From: Nitrospirota bacterium | GTDB lineage: Bacteria > Nitrospirota > Nitrospiria > Nitrospirales > Nitrospiraceae | Direction: 5' to 3' | DNA: 64,000 nt | Assembly (NCBI GenBank): GCA_963703955.1 | Contig: CAVPGK010000015.1 | Span: forward strand, 143,528-207,527 | Part shown: positions 60,844-64,000 of the stretch, piece by piece | Position numbering within the stretch: the stretch's first letter is position 1 | Layout of the letters: every line of letters starts with the position of its first letter | The notes under the pieces: generated by a model | Database searches by the model: none | The model's input: only the letters and a program-made list of their open reading frames with translations | Told to the model about the DNA's origin: nothing | Made by a program: the position numbers and the translations under genes

Positions 60844-62199
60844 CTATGATGGCCTTTTCAGCATGATGGCATCCTCATAGGCGACCGGCACCGGATGGGG
60901 GTGACGGAGCTGTCCGGTTCCTAAGACGACGTATTTGTGACAGGTCAACTCTTCCAGGCCAACGGGCCCTCGTGCATGCATGCGCATGGTGCTGATGCCG
61001 ATCTGCCCACCGAGACCGAACTCCTCGCCATCGTGAAGGCGCGTCGACGCGTTGACCATCACCGCCGCTCCATCGACCTCCTGCGTAAACCGCATCGCCG
61101 TCGCGTAATCTCGCGTGACGATCGTCGCCGTATGGACGGAGCCATAGCGAGCGATATGGCCGAGCGCCTCATCAAGATCTGTGACCGTCTTGACCGCCAT
61201 AATAGGCGACGAGAATTGCTTGGTCCAATCCTCCTCGGTCGCAGCCTTCACTTCTTTATAGGCCCCGAATGATTGCGCCCCGGCTAACGCAAGGGTCTTG
61301 GGACAGCCCCGCACCTCCACCTTGAACTCATCCAGCAGCCGGCGAATCAGAGCAGACAACAGGGAACGCGCGATTGACTGCTGTACCAACAGCGTATCGA
61401 CGGAGCCGGGTGCCGACGCCCGCTGCACCTTCGAGTTCACCACGATATTCTGCGCCAGGGGAAGATCAGCATCCGCGTCGATGTACACATACGAGAGGCC
61501 GCCGTCATGGCAGAGGATCGGAAGACGAGTCTGCTCAATCACGGTCTTTCTCAGTCCCGTGCCGCCACGAGGAATCACGGCATCCAAGTATGGGGTTTGG
61601 CGGAGCAACTCGATCGCGGCTTCTTTCTCGGTCCGCTCTACAAACGAGATGGCGCCCGTAGGAACGCCTGCTCCCTCAGCCGCCTCACGGAGGATCGACG
61701 CCAGCTTGGTGTTCGTGCGAATCCATTCAGGTCCGCCCCGAAACACACACACGTTCCCCGACTTCAGGCAGAGCGCGATCGATTCGGTCATCACCTGAGG
61801 ATCGAATTCGGAGATAATTCCGATCACGCCGATCGGCGTTCGCACCCGGCTGACTTGCATGCCATTGGGACGCAGATGCATCGCGGTCACTTCCCCGACG
61901 GGATCGGGCAGATCGGCGATCCGTCTGACCACCTCGGCCATCGCCTTGACCGACTCCGAGGTCAGGCGGACTCGCTCCACCGCTTCCCGCGCCGCTTCAC
62001 GATCCAGATTCTTGCCGACGGCTTCCGCATCCTGTAGATTCGCCCGAAGCAGCGCCTCTTCTTCGGCCTCCACGCAATCGGCCATCGCCGCTAATGCCCT
62101 GTTCTTGGTCACCCCCGAGAGTAACGCCATTGGGCGAGCGGCCTCACGAGCCCTCTTCGACAGGTTCGTGACATAGATTTTCACCGGAACTTCAACCAT
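60844..62199 (-). CDS. proA: Gamma-glutamyl phosphate reductase-like protein (atypical ProA paralog)
   Basis: LPDPVGE, PIGVIGII, IPRGG, NASTR..DGEEFGLG.QIGIST.RMHARGPVGL; catalytic Cys absent. Confidence 0.85.
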   Translation of the reverse strand: MVEVPVKIYVTNLSKRAREAARPMALLSGVTKNRALAAMADCVEAEEEALLRANLQDAEAVGKNLDREAAREAVERVRLTSESVKAMAEVVRRIADLPDPVGEVTAMHLRPNGMQVSRVRTPIGVIGIISEFDPQVMTESIALCLKSGNVCVFRGGPEWIRTNTKLASILREAAEGAGVPTGAISFVERTEKEAAIELLRQTPYLDAVIPRGGTGLRKTVIEQTRLPILCHDGGLSYVYIDADADLPLAQNIVVNSKVQRASAPGSVDTLLVQQSIARSLLSALIRRLLDEFKVEVRGCPKTLALAGAQSFGAYKEVKAATEEDWTKQFSSPIMAVKTVTDLDEALGHIARYGSVHTATIVTRDYATAMRFTQEVDGAAVMVNASTRLHDGEEFGLGGQIGISTMRMHARGPVGLEELTCHKYVVLGTGQLRHPHPVPVAYEDAIMLKRPS

Positions 62200-62224
62200 A
62201 GTTCACCGCTCCAGGACGTTGCTC

Positions 62225-62452
62225 TTATTCTGGTAGAACCCACCCTTTTTTGGCGAGACAGCGCTCGATGGCTTGCTGAAGGAGGAGCTTGCTACCTCCC
62301 TGCTGTTTGGGGTCCTGCATGGCCTGGTTTTCGCACGCATTGTAATCCTGCGCGAAGGCTTCTTTGGGTTTATTCGGATGCACCCACGAGGTTGTGCCGC
62401 AGGCTGCGAGCATAAGAACGAAGAACGATAGACTGATACGAATCACCCCCAT
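62225..62452 (-). CDS. Small lipoprotein
   Basis: AGGAGG RBS; lipobox LAAC; DYNAC...CLAKKGW. Confidence 0.8.
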   Translation of the reverse strand: MGVIRISLSFFVLMLAACGTTSWVHPNKPKEAFAQDYNACENQAMQDPKQQGGSKLLLQQAIERCLAKKGWVLPE

Positions 62453-62551
62453 CAGACCCTCCTCCTAGCTAGGTATTACCATTTCCGAGCACACGAGCGA
62501 GCCGGAGGATAGCCGAGGCGCTCGATTGGGTCAAGGTACGTTCGAAAGGCC

Positions 62552-63208
62552 TCAGCCGTGCCATCCTTGAGCAAGGCATCGGACCACCTCTTCATCGTTC
62601 ACTTGCTGAAAATTCAGATAATGTTCTCCAACCGAGTAGAATGGAGACGGTGATCCCAGCACGACGCATTCGTCCACCTCCGAAGCAATTCGCCGCACGG
62701 TTTCGGGAGGGGCAACTGGAAGCGCAGCGACAAGACGCGCCACCCCGACCGACTTGAGCGCCTGGACCGAGGCAAGGTAGGTTGCGCCGGTGGCCACTCC
62801 ATCATCGACCAGAATGACCAATTTTCCGTTGAGAGGCGGGAGAACCCTTCCTTGACGGTAGATGTCCCGCCGTCTGGCAATTTCTTTCTCTTGCCTTTGA
62901 CATTCTGCTTCATATGCGGCGGCCGAGGGGAAGAACGACAACAATTCGTCATTCAAATGGACGGAACCGGTTTCACTGACTGCGCTGACGGCCAGTTCAG
63001 GATTCTCCGGGGCCCCGATCTTGCGCGTAATGAGGACATCCAGCGGAAGCCGGAGATAAAGACTGAGCTGCAAGCCGACCACCACGCCACCGCGCGGGAT
63101 GGCCAGAATCAGTCCCGTTGGATCATCCCGGTACCGGCTGAGCGCAAGAGCGAGTTCTTGCCCTGCCTCGACACGATCTCGGAACACGCTATTCCCCGGA
63201 GGTTGCAC
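62552..63208 (-). CDS. Phosphoribosyltransferase family protein
   Basis: FRDRVEAG, IPRGG, RKIGAP.NPE, ILVDDGVATGAT. Confidence 0.9.
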   Translation of the reverse strand: MQPPGNSVFRDRVEAGQELALALSRYRDDPTGLILAIPRGGVVVGLQLSLYLRLPLDVLITRKIGAPENPELAVSAVSETGSVHLNDELLSFFPSAAAYEAECQRQEKEIARRRDIYRQGRVLPPLNGKLVILVDDGVATGATYLASVQALKSVGVARLVAALPVAPPETVRRIASEVDECVVLGSPSPFYSVGEHYLNFQQVNDEEVVRCLAQGWHG

Positions 63209-63471
63209 CAGAAATACTCCTGGTGTACTCTGCGCAGGAACTCACACTCTCGCAGACACAATCCCTTGAAAAGACGAGAACCACCGTATGAGCACAGGAT
63301 AGGTCCGGCGGGGCTCCGTCTCCAGTTTACTCCAATTTCCCTGGTTTTCGCCGACAATTTGCCGATGGCTTTCTCTTCAGGGGCGCAGCAGCGGAGGACC
63401 ATGGCAGCGATCTATGCGAAAAAATCTACCGAGCCGCCCGGCGTGAACGAAAGAAACGGAAGGATGTAACC

Positions 63472-63879
63472 ATGAAGCGATTGCTCTCCGGATTCGCAGT
63501 GGCGGTTCTCTGCGTAGCGGGATGCAGTACCACCGGGAATCTCGGTATTGTGACGAAGAACATGGCCGATTCGGCTTCCCTTCTCAGATCGGGGCGTGCT
63601 TTTGAAGAACTCGGACCAAGTGAGGGACGAGCCTGTCGCTATTTTCTTCTGGGAGTCATTCCCTGGGGCGCATCGGATACGGAAACTGCACTGAATGAGG
63701 CGCTGACTGGGAAAGGGGGCGATGCCTTGGTCAACGTCAGTGTGACGACAAGCCTCTATGGCTTGTTCCCCATTTATAACGTCTTTTCCTGGTCATGCAC
63801 GACGATCAAAGGAGTGGCTGTCAAATTCCAAACAGCTAGCTCAACTGGCGGACCGCCGGGGGAGAACGCGCCGCAATGA
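63472..63879 (+). CDS. Lipoprotein (TRL-like)
   Basis: Lipobox VAGC; EGRAC..LLGVIPWG..DALVNV..CTTIKG. Confidence 0.7.
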   Translation: MKRLLSGFAVAVLCVAGCSTTGNLGIVTKNMADSASLLRSGRAFEELGPSEGRACRYFLLGVIPWGASDTETALNEALTGKGGDALVNVSVTTSLYGLFPIYNVFSWSCTTIKGVAVKFQTASSTGGPPGENAPQ

Positions 63880-64000
63880 TCCCGATCTAAGCAATGATAC
63901 CTGAGCACATCTGCTGGCCTATCGTGAGCAAACTTCGAATCAAGCTCCACCCCTATTCACAACTTGAAGCGAGTCCTCTTGCTGGCTACCGCGAACTGTG

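Overview
GC-rich bacterial chromosome segment; gene content and repeat style suggest Nitrospirota (inference, no search run). The left arm (1-17.3 kb) is core housekeeping: comEC (partial), glmM, folP, ftsH, hpt, tilS, ribF, a heme operon (ccsA-hemA-small Zn-ribbon-hemC-cobA/hemD-CBS-hemB), rsmI and tusA-like. The right arm (34.2-64 kb) is also core: yggX-like, SDR, two DUF151 nucleases, rplM-rpsI-argC-argJ, rpsB-tsf-pyrH-frr-alr-mlaEFD, sirC-like, HNH, ferredoxins, moaB, phzF-like, three radical SAM genes, a methyltransferase and an atypical proA lacking the catalytic Cys. Between them is a ~16.5 kb island (17590-34095) bounded by a 40-bp direct repeat that is the 5' half of tRNA-Leu(CAA). 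It holds a decayed tyrosine integrase and a truncated IS5-family element. The most interesting structure is inside it: about 8 co-oriented copies of an unannotated 65-125 bp cis element in two classes with an inverted core, two flavours of 11-bp-periodic arm-site-like repeats, an orphan tRNA-Lys att fragment, and many diverged duplicated mini-modules separating small cargo genes. This reads as an accreting, cassette-like or satellite-derived array. Three MITE-like elements elsewhere share the IS ends. Several indels (hemA, one radical SAM gene) may be sequencing errors.
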